This document shows positions 1 through 13,949 of a DNA stretch of 64,000 nucleotides, one piece after another. The stretch's first letter is position 1. Every line of letters starts with the position of its first letter. The stretch is from Felis catus (lineage: Eukaryota). Under the pieces are notes generated by a model, which saw only the letters and a program-made list of their open reading frames with translations, did not search any database and was not told the origin of the DNA. The stretch spans positions 115,260,001-115,324,000 of the forward strand of contig NC_058368.1 of assembly GCF_018350175.1 (NCBI RefSeq). Reading direction: 5' to 3'. The translations under genes were made by a program, and so were the position numbers.

Positions 1-989
1 TAAACCTTTATTCAGATGAGAAAACTGAGTCATGTAAGTACCAGAAAAGGTCAAAAAGCCAACAATCAGCAGAAGCAGAATTCCATTCCCTTCTACAGTA
101 TGCAGCACACACAGCTTACTAAATGGTAAGTGAATGAAGGGACACAAACACCATGAATGAGGAAGAACGCATGGGCACAAGTCAGGGCCTACACACCCAG
201 CTCTAGACACTCTAGATAAACAGATCGTCTCACCTTCTCAGTCAATACAGGCTCCAATTAGAAGACTGCTAAAGGCTTTGTCCTTTCTTTCCCATCCACC
301 AACCCTGACCTACCCCCACCAAAGAAATCAGATGAATCAAATTAACCTTCCCCAACACCTCCACCAAATACAATCCCATTACAAAGGTCACTTCCCCCCT
401 GAGACCACTGGAGAGTATTTTATTTCAATGACTCGTACTAAACAAACCTTTACAAAAATACAACCCAGCTTATTTTTCATGGTCTCTTGTAGGTCAACCA
501 TCTTATACAGTATTCTACAAAAGAAAAGAAACAGCAACAGTTGAGTGTTTTAAGAAACAAACAAGAGAATCCAGGGATGTTCACTACCAGAAATGGACAC
601 TCAAAAGGCAGTAGCAACAGAACACTGTTCCAGATGGTGCAGTGCTAGCAGGAAGTAGGGCTATGCCACCAGGAGCTAAGCACCCTCTACCCTCAAGCAG
701 CCAACAAATTACAATCAGGGCCACAGAAGAGAAAGCCCAAAGAAGAAGAAAGGGTAACCAAGGGGACATCTTATCTGGATCTCCTTTAGGAGACTCCCTA
801 GAAGATCTTGTTTTGCTGAAGCATTACCACACAGAACAAAACAAAAAGCAACAAAGATGACCTTAACACTAAGCACATCAAGGCCAGGACCACATCTTTA
901 TACCATCACTGGCATGGAGCCCGGTACATAGCACACATGTAAGAAAACAAACAAAAGTTAGCCAAATAAACCATAACAACAATCATTAC

Positions 990-1230
990 CACATTTTATT
1001 CAGTATTTATCCTGTGAATGAACCTAAGCACCTTTCATATATCTTCATTAATACTTCATGGTTAACCCTGTGAGGTAAATTTATTATTAATCCACAGTGA
1101 GAGCTAAGAAAACTATCAATCAGGGAAGTGAAGTAACTTGTCTAAGGTTACACATCTTTTAAGTGGGAAGGCTAAGATTCTAACTTAAGTCTGCCCAAGT
1201 TCAAGGGCCATGCTCCTAACCGCTGTGCAG
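990..1230 (-). mobile_element. MIR
   Basis: AACCCTGTGAGGTAAATTTATTATT...GTGAAGTAACTTGTCTAAGGTTACAC. Confidence 0.75.
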
Positions 1231-1959
1231 CAGAACCTTCCAACTGATTAAATGAAGGAATGGTGGGCAAGGCTACAGTACCATTGAGAAGGGGCTCTGG
1301 TCTAGGGTCTCAAACTACCCCACCAGGCAATGAACACTTTGTCTGGCAGCATGTGACTCTGACTCAGGCTTCTTTACACCACAGTTCACTCCTGTACCTC
1401 AGTCTTCCAGGCTACACAGTAGAAAGGGCAACTACAGCCCATTTCCAGCCCTCCAGACATTGGCTGCTGCCAAGAGAGAATATGTGCACACCTACATCAA
1501 CCAAAACTGAATGTTGCATAAACTGCAGGTGCTGGCTTTGCTAACCTGCCACATCATACTGCAGGTGGTTGCCCATGTCAGTGGCTTAAGTGGTCCAAGG
1601 TGAAAGGGGTAGCTCTTGGCCAGTAGTGACAGCCAACAGAGGGACAACAAGACAACAGGTTAACAAAGGGCTCTGTAGCTGTCAGATGTTAACAAGTGAC
1701 AGGCTTGAAACCTCCAGGCCTTTTTCTGCGAAGGTGGAAAGATGCCAAATGCCAGCACCCTGAGCTACCAAGTCTGCTGAGTGGCGAGGTGGCCCCAACA
1801 ACACACTGACTAAGGCAGTGAGAGAGGATCTGACTCAGGAGGAATAAGGCAGCACTTCAGGGGATGGGTCTGAAAATTACCATCTAGCTGACTGAAGGAA
1901 AACAAGTCACCTATCACAGTAATCCTCCTTTTCTGATCTTCATTCTCACTCCCTCATCA

Positions 1960-2575
1960 AAATCCATCCAATGTAATGACCGAATGATCTTTCACACTGC
2001 AAGTCCAATCATCTTACCACCATGACTAACAACCCTCCAAAGGTTTCCCTGCTCTCCAGGTAAATACAAAACGACTTGTCACAGCTGATCAGGACTGCCC
2101 TCGCCAATCCCTCCAGGTTCATCTTGTATCCATCTCCTCTCACTTTCTGTGCTCTGACCACACTATTTCAGTACCTGACAGAAGTCACTTCTTTGTCACT
2201 CAACCCTACTCCGGAGCCCTTGGAAAAGATGGGCCCTCAGCCTGAAACACTCAACTTCATGTCCAATTCTTCAGTATACACCTGTTTGTTCTTCACAATT
2301 TAAACCAAACATCACTTCCTCAAGGAAGCCTTCCCTGATAGCCTCTCAACCCCTGGAACAAGTCCTATTTCTCATGGTATCACATTCCTTTCTTTCAATG
2401 TACTTCTTACACCTGTAATTTTACATTTATGTATGTGATCATAATCTTATTAATGTCTATGTTCATCAATACACTCTAAGCAGGAAGTGTGTATGACTTG
2501 GTCATGGCTATATCTCAGGGCTTACCATAGTGTCTGGAATGTAAAAGGTGTTCTACGTATGTTTGTTGACTGAAA
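1960..2575 (+). mobile_element. L2 3' fragment
   Basis: CATCACTTCCTCAAGGAAGCCTTCCCTGA ... ATAGTGTCTGGAATGTAAAAGGTGTTC...TGTTTGTTGACTGAA. Confidence 0.75.
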
Positions 2576-5500
2576 AAAAAAAATTCTACAGAGAAGGGAA
2601 ATGAGATTGTGTCCAAATCAAATGGTTCTGCTTAGAAAAGCTGTTCTCCCCTTGTGACCTTAAGCTAAACTATTCTTTCCCCTTTGCCCTCCTCTTTCCC
2701 AAATTCCTGATAGAAGTTACTGTCTATGTCCTGCCATCCTTCAGGCAGGTGGTAGCCATAGTGATAAGCTGGCCTACAGCCAAAAATAGTCTAAAAAGCT
2801 ATCACCTTGTCTGAGTGCTCCAGACTTCCAAAATAAAAGTCCACAGCAAAGGCCCAGACAGGAACACAAAAACCTTTAATGAGTAAAGAGACTAACCCAA
2901 ACAACTAACAGCTTCTTCAAGAACAAATGTTCCTCGGGGCAGGCAGTGTCCCCAAGTGACCCACCCAAAGGAAAAAGGAGAGGGGGAAAAGGCCGCAGGG
3001 GGCTAAAGCAGAAAATCCCTGAATAGGATTTTAAACATCACCTTTCACTCCTTGGATAAGGTGGAAAGCTGCCCAAACATTAAATATCAAAGTCTCCCTG
3101 ATGAGGCAGCATCAGAGGAAGTCTAGTATGGCTCCAAAAAACATCACCAGAGCCTGAAAAAGCTCACATGAAGCTCAACTTAAAGCCCAAATTCCCTACG
3201 GAAGCAGGAGGGCCTTGTCCTCGCCCTTCTATTCTTCAGGGTAAGTGGGCAGGGTTGGGTAGGAGAAGTAGAAGCATTTACTGATAACTGCTTAGAGATA
3301 GGTACTTCAGAGACAGGGCTGGTAGTGAAAAACAAGGAGAAATAAATAAGCACATACACAGAGAGGCAGCTGAGGCTTGAGCAAGGCTGTCCAACAGCTG
3401 GTGAATGGCAAGATCAGGAGCCAACAACTCAAGTCTGCCTGAATCCAAAGACTCTTCTCCTACCCCAGAGCTGCCTTTGTGGGTCACCCATGAGCCCAGC
3501 TCTGTTCCTCACCCCTTCGCCACCACCTTCCTAACCAGAATGGGAAATATAGTTCCAAAGAGCTCCCTGGGTAAGGAAAGGCTGTCTACCCGAGCACTCC
3601 TACCACAATAGGCAAGTACATACCTGAGGTCCACCACCATGCCCTAAGTACAGAACACAGTTTGCTGCATGGAGGGGAGTTCATCATCTGTAGCTACAGG
3701 GATGAGGCTGGATTTTCTGAAAATTCCAAATGAGCCCAGAGGGATTTAATCTCTGCCTTTTTGAGAACCCAGTGGCACTGGGTGCTTGGGATAGTAATCC
3801 TCCAACCCAGAGCACCTTATACCAAAGGATGGCATGTGCTCCATGGCACCATGAGAAAGCATCAAGTAACTGCAGGACAGAGAAGCCCAGATGAAGTCTT
3901 CATACCTCGTTCAAGCTAGGCAGAAAGGGTAGCAACCCCATACCTGAACCATACACATCCACACAGCATTTCCTACAAGGTTAAGCACCCCTTCATTGTG
4001 CTATAGTTTAAGGTTAACCCTGCACTCATTTCAGGATCTGCCTCTTATCAAAAGTATGCCAGGTGATTATTATAATGATAACTATTATGCCATTATAATA
4101 ACATTATTGCACTTTTTTCCTGCACTTGACATCTGTTGGCTGATAGGTTTAACTGGTACATAAGCAATAATTATGCAGTGCTCTCTTCTTTCCAACCAAG
4201 CCTCTAGCGTGACTGTTAAACTAAATCCAACTACAGCAAATGTCCAACCCAAGCAGCAGTGGGAAACATGACTCATCTAGGCTCAACCACCATGCCAGAT
4301 AGGCTCAAACAGGCCCCTAAATGCTGGCACACGCCCCTGCTTCTGAGAAAGTGATAGAACTTAGGGGAAAGACCAGCCAGCAAGTAATTTATTGTTGAAA
4401 ACCCCAACAGGGCTAGAGGAGTCATACACAGGCCTCTGTATTACACAGGGACAAGCAGTACCAAATCACAAGGCCACATACCACAGCATGAGAAGCAGAG
4501 GCAAATGCAATTCTCCACTGGGAGTTCTCAAATAAATGGTTCTCAGAGAGCAATTCTGCCTGCTTCCCCACACACACTTCTTGGCAACTGCTGGTAAAAC
4601 TCGCATGAGAGAAAGAAAGAGGAAACAGAGGACTATCTTCAGGCCCCTATTTCAAAGCCGAAAAATCCATCAACCTGGCTGTTGGCCCTTCTTTATGCAG
4701 AGCCCACTAGGGGCTAGAATACAGTCTGGAGTCCAAAGTGAAGAAGCAAGTCCAACTTCCTGTCAGCAACCCCTAAATCTACCCATCACACTATGACAAA
4801 CAAGGTAGAGAAAGATGTGACATTCTATGACTGCAGATCATCAATAGGCCTGAATTACACATTAGCCTTATTAAACTAAAGGTAACCCATGGTGAGGCTA
4901 CATAAAAAATACACGTGATAAAACAAACCCCACCGGGAAACCAGGGCTGGCCTGCTTTGTTCTCTACCCTGTAATACACAGAGGCTTTTTTTTTTTTTTT
5001 TTTTAAAGGCAGAGAGGGGGCGGAAGGTTTTTGAATTTAAATTACCAGTGAACACTATAATCTATGTGCAAGGAGAAAAGGAACATTCAAGAGTGCCAAG
5101 TACAGGCTCTTGGGACATGTGTGGCCGAGGCAGTAGTAGCCTGCGGGGTTTTCTCCTTCAGCCTCAGCACGCTGCTCTCATTGTTTGAGAGCCGGCAAGC
5201 CAGCAGGCAAGGCCCAGGCAGCACAAAGGGGCACTGTCCCCTAGGTCTAGGGAGAAGATTACTCTCTCAGAAGCAAATTAGTATGAATCAACAGAGAATG
5301 AACAAGACTAATCACCCAAAGAAGGAACCCATCTAAGGAGGGGTTTGGAGAGGTATTACTAAGGTCAGTGACCAGATCGGTCTCACTCACCACTAAATTT
5401 CCATGGCCAAGCAGTAACTGACACATAGCAGGTCTTAAGAAAGAACTGTAGATTGAATGATAACCACAGACTCCATAGGTTGGAGCCAAATGATGACAGC

Positions 5501-7214
5501 TAGAATCTAACTGTTCCTACTGTGGTCTGCAAAGAATACACAAAAAGGTACCCAGAATTAAATGGAGTCTCTCTCAAATACACATTTCTAGTGTCCTAAC
5601 AGAGTAACCAGTGTGTTTTGGCCAGAATACAGATATAGTCCTAAAAGTACAAGGCTGTGAGTAGAGGAAAAATGTGATTAAATGGTATAAAACATACACT
5701 GAATGCATACTGTGTGCATATCTAAAAACCCCAAGGAGTTTTACAGGTGAAGACATAGGAGCACAGAGATTAAATAACTCATCTGAAGTCTCATAGCTAA
5801 TACATGGTTAAATCTGGTTCTATCTGATGGCTATGGCTAAAAGTTTCCACCATATTTCACCTTGACTTCCTCAAAGAGGTGAGGTGGCTTCCCAGCAATC
5901 TATAGAGGAAACAAGGTTCCTACCTGTCCACACAAATCAACTTGCTAGGCATGTTTCTTAGAGTTAATTAGTTAACTGGAACTACAACTTGATGGTCTCA
6001 TCAATTTCATGTGCTTCAGAGAGCCCACTGGAACTTAAACCTAGGTGAACTGGCTAGGGTTCCAAACCCACAAAGCTGCCAGCCAGCGACACCCTGACTA
6101 AGCCATCAGCTGGTACCTATCTCTGGGGCAACACTCTTGGCATACTGCACCTCAGAGCTGGGGGAGGAAAAGACAATCCGAGCATGATCTCTATGTGCCC
6201 GCAGTAAGCTCCCTTGAGAGACTGCAGAAGAAGTACCAAGATCCTCTTCCACTCTGAGCTCTGTCTGTAATATACAGAATCCTCTTTGCAGGTAAACTAA
6301 GTCTGATTTAAGTAGAAATAGAAAAAGTAAAAAGTAAAAAATTTCTGCTTGGTCATTAGAAGCAACTAAGCCTTCCTTCCATGTTGCCCACTGCCTCTCT
6401 AGAGCTTTCAGAGACCTTTTACACCCATGACTTCGGGGGCAGCAGAGTAGAAAGGGTAAGATGATTTTCAGTGCTGTATTCTGTAGAGACCAGCGGTGAC
6501 AAATAGCCAGTGTTTCTAACGGAAGTGATTACCCTGGACAAATGCAGGGGAAGCTAAGTAGTACTGAAACACACTGGTCTCTCAGGACTGCCTGTTTATT
6601 TCACCTCTTATATGAGGACTTTTAACAGTTAACATTGGGTTTTCTCCCCAGAAGCTTAGGAAAGCTGATGATTCACCCAGGTGCACAACAGCTGCTGGGA
6701 AGACCTGTGGGAAGGGGCCACCCGGCAAAGGCAGGCTTTGTATGGTGAGAAGGGTCTCCCAGGAGTGCCCTACATGCCAAGCCATATGTTGTCAGGATAT
6801 TAATCCAAACCCATCTTGCACACTTTACAATGTTTACTCTCTCTGGGATGTGGAGCATTAAATTATATCCAAGAACAACCTGAGTCCTTCTAGTTCTACT
6901 CCACCCTTACTTCTTTGCTAAAAAGATTTGTAACCTGGAAACAAAGCCCTCTGCTTAATAGCAGCAATAATACTCAGCAAAGAAAAGGAAACAAAACTGT
7001 TAATTCAAGCTTCCCTAAAAGATATGGCCCCAGTGGAGCCTTAGTTTACCCTAACTAGGAAAATGGAGAAACCTACTACTAACCACTTTTTTCCAGAGAG
7101 TCCTAAGGGAGAAGGCCCCAAATGAAACAGCTCTGGAAACCTCTAAGAGAATTCCAAAAAGGAAGACTACCTCACTGACATTAAGATCTAAAAGCAAGGG
7201 GTAGGAACATGAAG

Positions 7215-7355
7215 TAAGGCTACCTGGATTAGTCACAGCCCTACCCTGACAAGCTGTATGACCCTCAGTAAGTAATTTAGACTCTCCAAACCTCAATTTT
7301 TCACCTCTACAAAATGGGGATGTTGTAAGAATCAGATAAGATATTTGAAAGCCCT
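7215..7355 (+). mobile_element. MIR
   Basis: GCTGTATGACCCTCAGTAAGTAATTTAGACTCTCCAAACCTCAATTTTTCACCTCTACAAAATGGGGAT. Confidence 0.75.
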
Positions 7356-7579
7356 GGGGCGCCTAGGTGTCTCAGTCAGTTAAGCATCTGACTCCCCCTC
7401 AGGTCATCAACTTGAGGTTCAGGAGTTTGAGCCCCACCTCAGGCTCTGTGCTGACAGCTCAGAGCCTGGAGCCTGCTTCAAATTTGGTGTCTCCCCCTCT
7501 CTCTCTACCCCTCCCCCGTTTGCATGTGCACACATTCTCTCTCTCACAGAAATAATAAACTTTAAAAAAAAAAAAAAAC
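7356..7579 (+). mobile_element. CAN-SINE (SINEC_Fc-type)
   Basis: GGGGCGCCTAGGTGTCTCAG head, (CT)n, A-tail; TSD ATATTTGAAAGCCCT. Confidence 0.95.
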
Positions 7580-7821
7580 ATATTTGAAAGCCCTTTAAAA
7601 ACATGAACATATGTGAAGCCTGACTGTTATTCCCAAGACTTCTGGTAGAGAAAGCCTAAGACACTTCTGTGAAACAAAGAAACAAGGCTGTCACCTCCAA
7701 GGGACAGTCTACAGTAACTGGTTCTAGGTGTTTACAGAGAGCACACAGTGAGGGCAGAGTGAAATGTTAAGAGGAGGCCATACCTGGGTCTCTCCAGTGA
7801 TATTTGAAAAAATACTAACAG

Positions 7822-8045
7822 AGACTTCTGGGAGGCTCAGTTAGCTAAGCATCCAGACTCTTGATTTCAGCTCAGGTCATGATTTCATGGTCATGAGATC
7901 AAGCCCCACATAGGGCTCCTCACTGAGCATGAAGCCTGCTTATGATTCTCTCCCTCTCTCTCTCCCTCTGCCCTTCCCACACGCACACGCTTTCTTGCTC
8001 TCTCAAAAAAAAAAAAAAAAAACCAAAATGAAAACAAAAAACAAA
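7822..8045 (+). mobile_element. CAN-SINE (older subfamily)
   Basis: GGCTCAGTTAGCTAAGCATCCAGACTCTTGATTTCAGCTCAGGTCATGAT, (CT)n, A-tail. Confidence 0.9.
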
Positions 8046-8639
8046 AAACTAACAATATATGCACAAATCTTGTATACAGTGAAAAATAAGTCTCCCTCCT
8101 CCCCCACTCCCCAGCCACCCAGGGCCCCTCACCAAAGACAACCACTCTTCAGTTTCTCATGTATTCTTCCAGAGGTAATCAATCAGCTTGCTTCAGTCTC
8201 AGATGGAGATACCACTGGTGGCAACACTTCCAGGACTAAAACCTAAGTTTGCCAAGCAACTAGGCTATGCCAGAGGCCCTTAGGGACTATGAAAAGAACA
8301 GGGCAGCCAGAGGGTAAGATATTGCCTTGCAAAAGCCTCCACGAAGGTACAGATTTCCTCCTGGCTCTTATGCTACTTTGCCCCCTGGCCAACCACATCT
8401 AGGCAATAATTCTGTACAATATACTTCCCTTTCACGTATGCCAGTTCACCCAGAACTCCTCCTCAGAGAAGCCATTAACAGGAATGATCCCTGGGACGTT
8501 ATATCAGGCTGACCACCAGGCCCTTAGCAGGAGACAAAAACAAGAACAACCATCAAACTTGCCTCGGCAGAGGCCAGGCAATAGGGCAAAAATCATACAA
8601 GTCTCTAGGTCATCGTCTTTCTAGGGACAGAATGCAAGA

Positions 8640-8858
8640 GGGGCGCCTGGGTGGCTCAGTCAGTTAAGCAGCCGACTTCGGCTCAGCTCATGATCTCGCG
8701 GTCCGTGAGTTCGAGCCCCGCGTCAAGCTCTGTGCTGACAGCTCAGGGCCTGGAGCCTGTTTCGGATTCTGTGTCTCCCTCTCTCTGACCCTCCCCCGTT
8801 CATGCTCTGTCTCTCTCTGTCTCAAAAATAAATAAACGTTAAAAAAAAAAAAAAAAAA
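8640..8858 (+). mobile_element. CAN-SINE (young, CpG-rich)
   Basis: GGGGCGCCTGGGTGGCTCAGTC...; TSD AGAATGCAAG. Confidence 0.95.
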
Positions 8859-9044
8859 AGAATGCAAGGGAGGATGAAGCAAAACACAGGTGGTCTCTGA
8901 AAGACTTGACTCAAAAGACTAAGTGACTACCCACAGAAAATTACAAGACACCCTTAACCAAAGTTAGGCTTTCAACAAAACTCCCTCAAAAGCTTTCAGG
9001 TTCTATCTTCTGCTCCCTTTCTTCTTCTGTAAGGAATTTAAATA

Positions 9045-9317
9045 TGTCACAAATGGGTAGCCTCGATGTCAAATCTGGACCAGATATGTACTCTGGTATT
9101 CCCTGGGGATTTCATATAAAAATCTGGACTTTTGGCTTCTCTTGTAATAGGAGATGATGACACTAGAGCCACACTCACTCATGACAACAGGCTGAGTAGC
9201 AGCTGCTCCCCATGAACACATGAACACTCCAGTTTGACACAGGCACACCGTTCCATGTTGCTCACACCGACTGTTCCCTACCTGGCCCTGAAAACACCTT
9301 TGAGTTGGAGACCCCTG
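9045..9317 (-). mobile_element. MER102-like hAT-Charlie element
   Basis: AAAATCTGGACTTTTGGCTTCTCTTG and terminus CCTGGCCCTGAAAACACCTTTGAGTTGGAGACCCCTG. Confidence 0.65.
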
Positions 9318-9649
9318 ACCAGTGACCAACACGGGAGGCTGATAAATTGGTAGGCACATCAGCTGACAAAGAGCAGGACTCTCTCATTCACAAGTACTTA
9401 GGAAACACACTCTACATGCCAGGAACTGTGCTGGGGGCTGGTACACAAAGAGGAATGAGGAATGCGTTTTCTGCCCCCACCCTCCACCCCCAGCTCTGGG
9501 AATTTCTAACCCTGGTGGGAAGGTAAGACTTACACAAAAGGCTCTGGGAGTTGAGCATGCCAGACTCACTGTGACTAGTGTTCAAGGAATGCCTCAGCAA
9601 AGAGTTGGGAACTGAACATGACTGGTACCATTTCTCAGCTTTCATATAT

Positions 9650-10190
9650 CCCTTCATTCAACTAGCATTTACTGGTGTCCATGTTATACTCAGCATTATG
9701 CTGGAGATATAAAATAAGCACAGGCCATATCCTTGAGAAGCTCATATTAAATAAGAGACAAAATAACTAACCAGGATAAAGTATGCTAAATTCTATAATC
9801 AAAGTGTTGCTATGGGGATACAGATGAGGTATGACACAAGACTCACTGAAGAAGGCAGCTGTGAAGCTTAAGTAGGAAACTAAGGAGAGGGGACTCTGGG
9901 CAAAAGCACTGGCTGAGACACTAACAGGAGTCATGTTTAGAGGATCACGTGGACCAGTTTATCAAGAGCAAAGGGTACATGTGGGTAACAATGGAGAACA
10001 TAATTAAAGTGGTAGGACAAGGATACACCGTGATAGGCACAGAACATCAGGACAACTAACATATTTGGAATTTATTCAGCAGCAGCCAGGGGGTGCCACT
10101 GACGGCTTTTTAGAAAGACTCTTCTCCAATCAGGACTACATTTAGGAAGACTGCAAAGGGCAGTGGTACACAATGTCCTAGAGGAACATT
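9650..10190 (-). mobile_element. L2 fragment (antisense)
   Basis: TTCATTCAACTAGCATTTACTG..., CCTTGAGAAGCTCATA, TTGGAATTTATTC motifs. Confidence 0.6.
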
Positions 10191-11119
10191 CCATATAGGG
10201 TATAGAAGGAGGCTCCCATAAGAACTCAGAAGCAGGAAAACAAGGGAAGCAATAAGACTACATCAGAAAGATACTGCAGAGGCTTGCCAAAAAATCTAAG
10301 ACAATAGCATTTCTCTGAAAAGACTCCTCAGTTGTTTTCTTTTCTTTTTTTTTTTTTTCCACCAATTCAGAACAGTCTTCCCCACAAATAATAAGGTTTT
10401 ACCCTATTTGTTTCATTCAGAGATGTAAGGCACAATCTACAATTATGGTACTCAGGTTTTGTTTAAAAATCAGCTTAAGATCAATATAAAAACGGGTAGT
10501 AGCTTCAAGGGCTTTTTCCCCACTCGCACCCCTACTGCTACACTGAACTAGTTGTCAATCTCAAAGAGAGTCAACTTGAACACAAAATCCAAGTGAGTGT
10601 ATTTGACTGTGCCTCCCTGACCTTGCACAAGGACCAGAAATGGGCATACAAATCAGAAAAAAAGCTGTGACAGAAGTCAAAGTTCCCGTAACAAGCTAAT
10701 TGCTTCATGTCTGGCTGAAGAGAAGGCAAGAGACGAGGAAAACATACTGTCAGAGGGCCCCAGGCAGACTCTGGACAGCCAGCCCTGCTCCATTACATCC
10801 CCATGTCAGACAATGGCCAGGAAACAAGGCCCACTAGCCAGGGCAGCCAATTAAAGACAGCACCAGAAAGGTGAGAACTAAGCCAAGTAAGAAAGAAGAT
10901 GGCAGAGACGCTTCAAAGTTCCCTGCTATTCATGACTTCTAGTTATTCAGCACGAGCTAGCTGTGACTAATGATATGAATAATCAACCAACAAAGGAGAC
11001 AGACAATGATGTGATGGTTAAGATAATACTCGCTTGGTCAACCCAACTTATCCTATAACCAAGTCTTGGGTCAAGAAATAGAAACTACAGTTGTTGACAT
11101 GACTGAAAATACAGAGAGG

Positions 11120-11290
11120 AAGCACTTTCCATTCGTATTCTCTCAATCCTCAAGACAGCTTCAAGAGTAGCTATTACTATTCCCATTCTACAGATCATGA
11201 AATTAAGGTTTAGAGAAAATAAGTAACTTGTCCATGATCTGACAGCTAGTAAGTAAACAGCAGAGTATGAAACCAAGTGAGCGGATTCCA
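11120..11290 (-). mobile_element. MIR
   Basis: TATTCCCATTCTACAGATCATGAAATTAAGGTTTAGAGAAAATAAGTAACTTGTCC. Confidence 0.75.
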
Positions 11291-13469
11291 GAATTTTTTA
11301 AACCTCTCTGACATACCATTCATTCCCTCACTCTTTTTTAGTGATGTATCACAGATTTTCTTGGATCACCAGATAAGGTCCACTGGTGCACTGGCCCCAT
11401 TCTTTACAGAACACACTCAGAACAGCCTGGCCTGAGCACTTTTTCTTTGTTTCTAAAATAGGGGGAAACTTCATATCTATTTCCTCTGGGGTAAGATCAA
11501 CAGGAAACTCACTTGAACATGAATGGGAAAGAAATCAGCATGACAGCCAAAAACCTCACCAGTGAGGGTTCTAAGATAAGGAATAAAGCAGTCAGTGGAG
11601 GTGGGGCCTTCTCCTTCTTTGGAGACTTTTTTCCCCTCCCTGGAGATTTTTTAACTGCAACAGCATCTTGCATCTTTATAAGGCTTTAAATAATGTTAAC
11701 AACTTCTATGGCCACCCTCTGTGAACCCTCTGGCTTGAGTCTCAGCTCTGCCAGTAATATCCTGATGGTTCTAAAAAAGGTATATAGCCCATTTCACTTC
11801 GCTGGAGTTCAATTTTGTCATCAGTAAAGCAAGAAGTCACCAAATCCAAAACTCAACCACTGGAAGATGACAGAACCTGAAGGCTATCTACTGACTCTTC
11901 ACTCACCTAACCACAAACAGTCATTCCTTGGATCTGAAACAGACCCAGCCCTGATGTTTCCAATAAAATTGATATAAAGACCCCTAGAATGATCTCTTGC
12001 AAACCATAAATACCATGATTTCAGACTTGAGCAGCTGGGCCCAAGGACAGAGACTGTGCTTCAGGAATACAATCAAACCCACTTCCCCATGACTAGGGAT
12101 GGGGAGAGTCAAAAAAATCAACCTTAAATACCTTGCTTAGGAGCTTGCCCCTTAAGTTTCCAATGTCTACTACCCACTGGATTCAAAGTGTGGCCAATCA
12201 ATGTTGTCTGTATCAACTGTCCTACTTTATGTTACTTCCATTAAACTGAAGCCTGCTAGTTTTCTTGAGTATGGTCAGATGGCTACTGACCCCTTTGGTC
12301 AGATGGCTGCTGACTCCCCTTGGGAGCCTCACAGAAAAGAGAGAGGCAAAAGCATGAAACTATATACAGACATAAAGACATGCCCATTTAAAAGTCCACT
12401 GGTATGAGCCTTCCTCACATGACTTAAGAGAGGCATCTGTGATTCTTCTTTCAGTTTCTATAACTCCTTCCTGTCCTAAGACAGAAGAGGCACACTATTG
12501 CAAAAAGGCAAGTAGCAGGACATGGATCAGTTCACTGGTATGATATTCCTCTGCCCGGAATGATAACAGGTAATGAAAAGGCACACCCACACCCTCAGTC
12601 AAGACACAGCCAGCAAGCAGACCTCAGAAACATACCCCTTCCCATTTTTCTGTGGATAGGACTGTGACATGGGCTAAACATCAGACACTACCCAAAGGCT
12701 CCAACTTCTGGTACAGGAACATGTGAGCCAACACAGCAGACACAGCTGTGAAAAAAGAAGGCCAAGGAGGCATCAGAGAAACAGATGGTAAATGGAACAC
12801 CTCAAAAGTCCCAAGATTTGGAGGAAAAGAATAACAGTAAAGAGTAATTCCAGCCCCTTTAGAGAAGTCCAGGAAAAATTATTCCTCCTTCCACCTCCAC
12901 ACATATTCCATTTCTTCTCCAATTCTCTCAACAGCATTAGGTTTTGAACCAGACAATACGGAATAATTTCAGAAAGGGACAAAACAACTTCTGCTCTGAA
13001 TTATTAGGAATAGCAGTAAGAAAAATAGAAATCAGATTCTTACTAATCCTCATGTTTACAAGCATCTAATGGCCAAGGAGTTTCCTGAGCCTGCTACAGA
13101 CTTTATGCAACAGCCTCAGCGATTAGAAACAGCTCACCTGGCTGGCAGATGGAACTAGGAGGGACATATTCACAGCTTAGACCCTCCTAAAGGCCAACTA
13201 GCTCAAATCTTTCCATGAAAGCCCTTAGCTATTGCCAGCCATCTCACAAGAAGTAAAATCAGACTAGGTGACAGGGACACTAGCCCTAAAGCATCCCATG
13301 CTGGAAAACTCAGCGAGCTCTTCAATAGCAGGATCTCTTTCCCACTTTAGTGTCCTCAACATCTTGAATTGGGCCTGGCACCTAGGAGACCCTTGTGAAA
13401 AGAAGGTGAATGGTCAAATGTCCTGCTGATGACAACAGACTCCTGGTGAGAGGAGGATAGCACTCAACA

Positions 13470-13625
13470 ACAGAAATCACTTTGGAGTCAAACTGGGTTT
13501 TAAGGTCAACAAACTTTTTGACCTTGGTCACATTATTTAACCTCACTGAACTTATCACTTCATCTGTAAAATGGGGTAACACCAACGATTTTATAAGGCT
13601 GATATCAAGTATGCATGAGATAAAG
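13470..13625 (+). mobile_element. MIR
   Basis: TTTGGAGTCAAACTGGGTTT...GACCTTGGTCACATTATTTAACCTCACTG...CATCTGTAAAATGGGG. Confidence 0.75.
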
Positions 13626-13634
13626 TTCTCCCCT

Positions 13635-13868
13635 GGGGCTCCTGGGTGGCTCAGTCAGTTGAGCATCCGACTTTGGCTCAGGTCATGATCTCATGGTTCC
13701 TAAGTTCGAGCCCCACGTCAGGCTCCGTGCGGACAACTCGGAACCTGGAGCCTGTTTCAGATTCTGTGTTTCCCTCTCTCTCTGCCCCTCCCCTGCTAGC
13801 ACTCTGTCTCTATCTCTCTCTCTCAAAAATACATATTTAAAAAAAAATTTTTTTTTTAACAAGTAAAA
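13635..13868 (+). mobile_element. CAN-SINE
   Basis: Head, body, (CT)n and tail; near-TSD TAAAGTT(C/T)TCCCC. Confidence 0.95.
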
Positions 13869-13949
13869 ATAAAGTTTTCCCCCTTTCACTAGTCTGGTGT
13901 TGGTGTGGTAATAGCTGGTCTTCTAGATATAAAACATGCCTTGGTGGCT

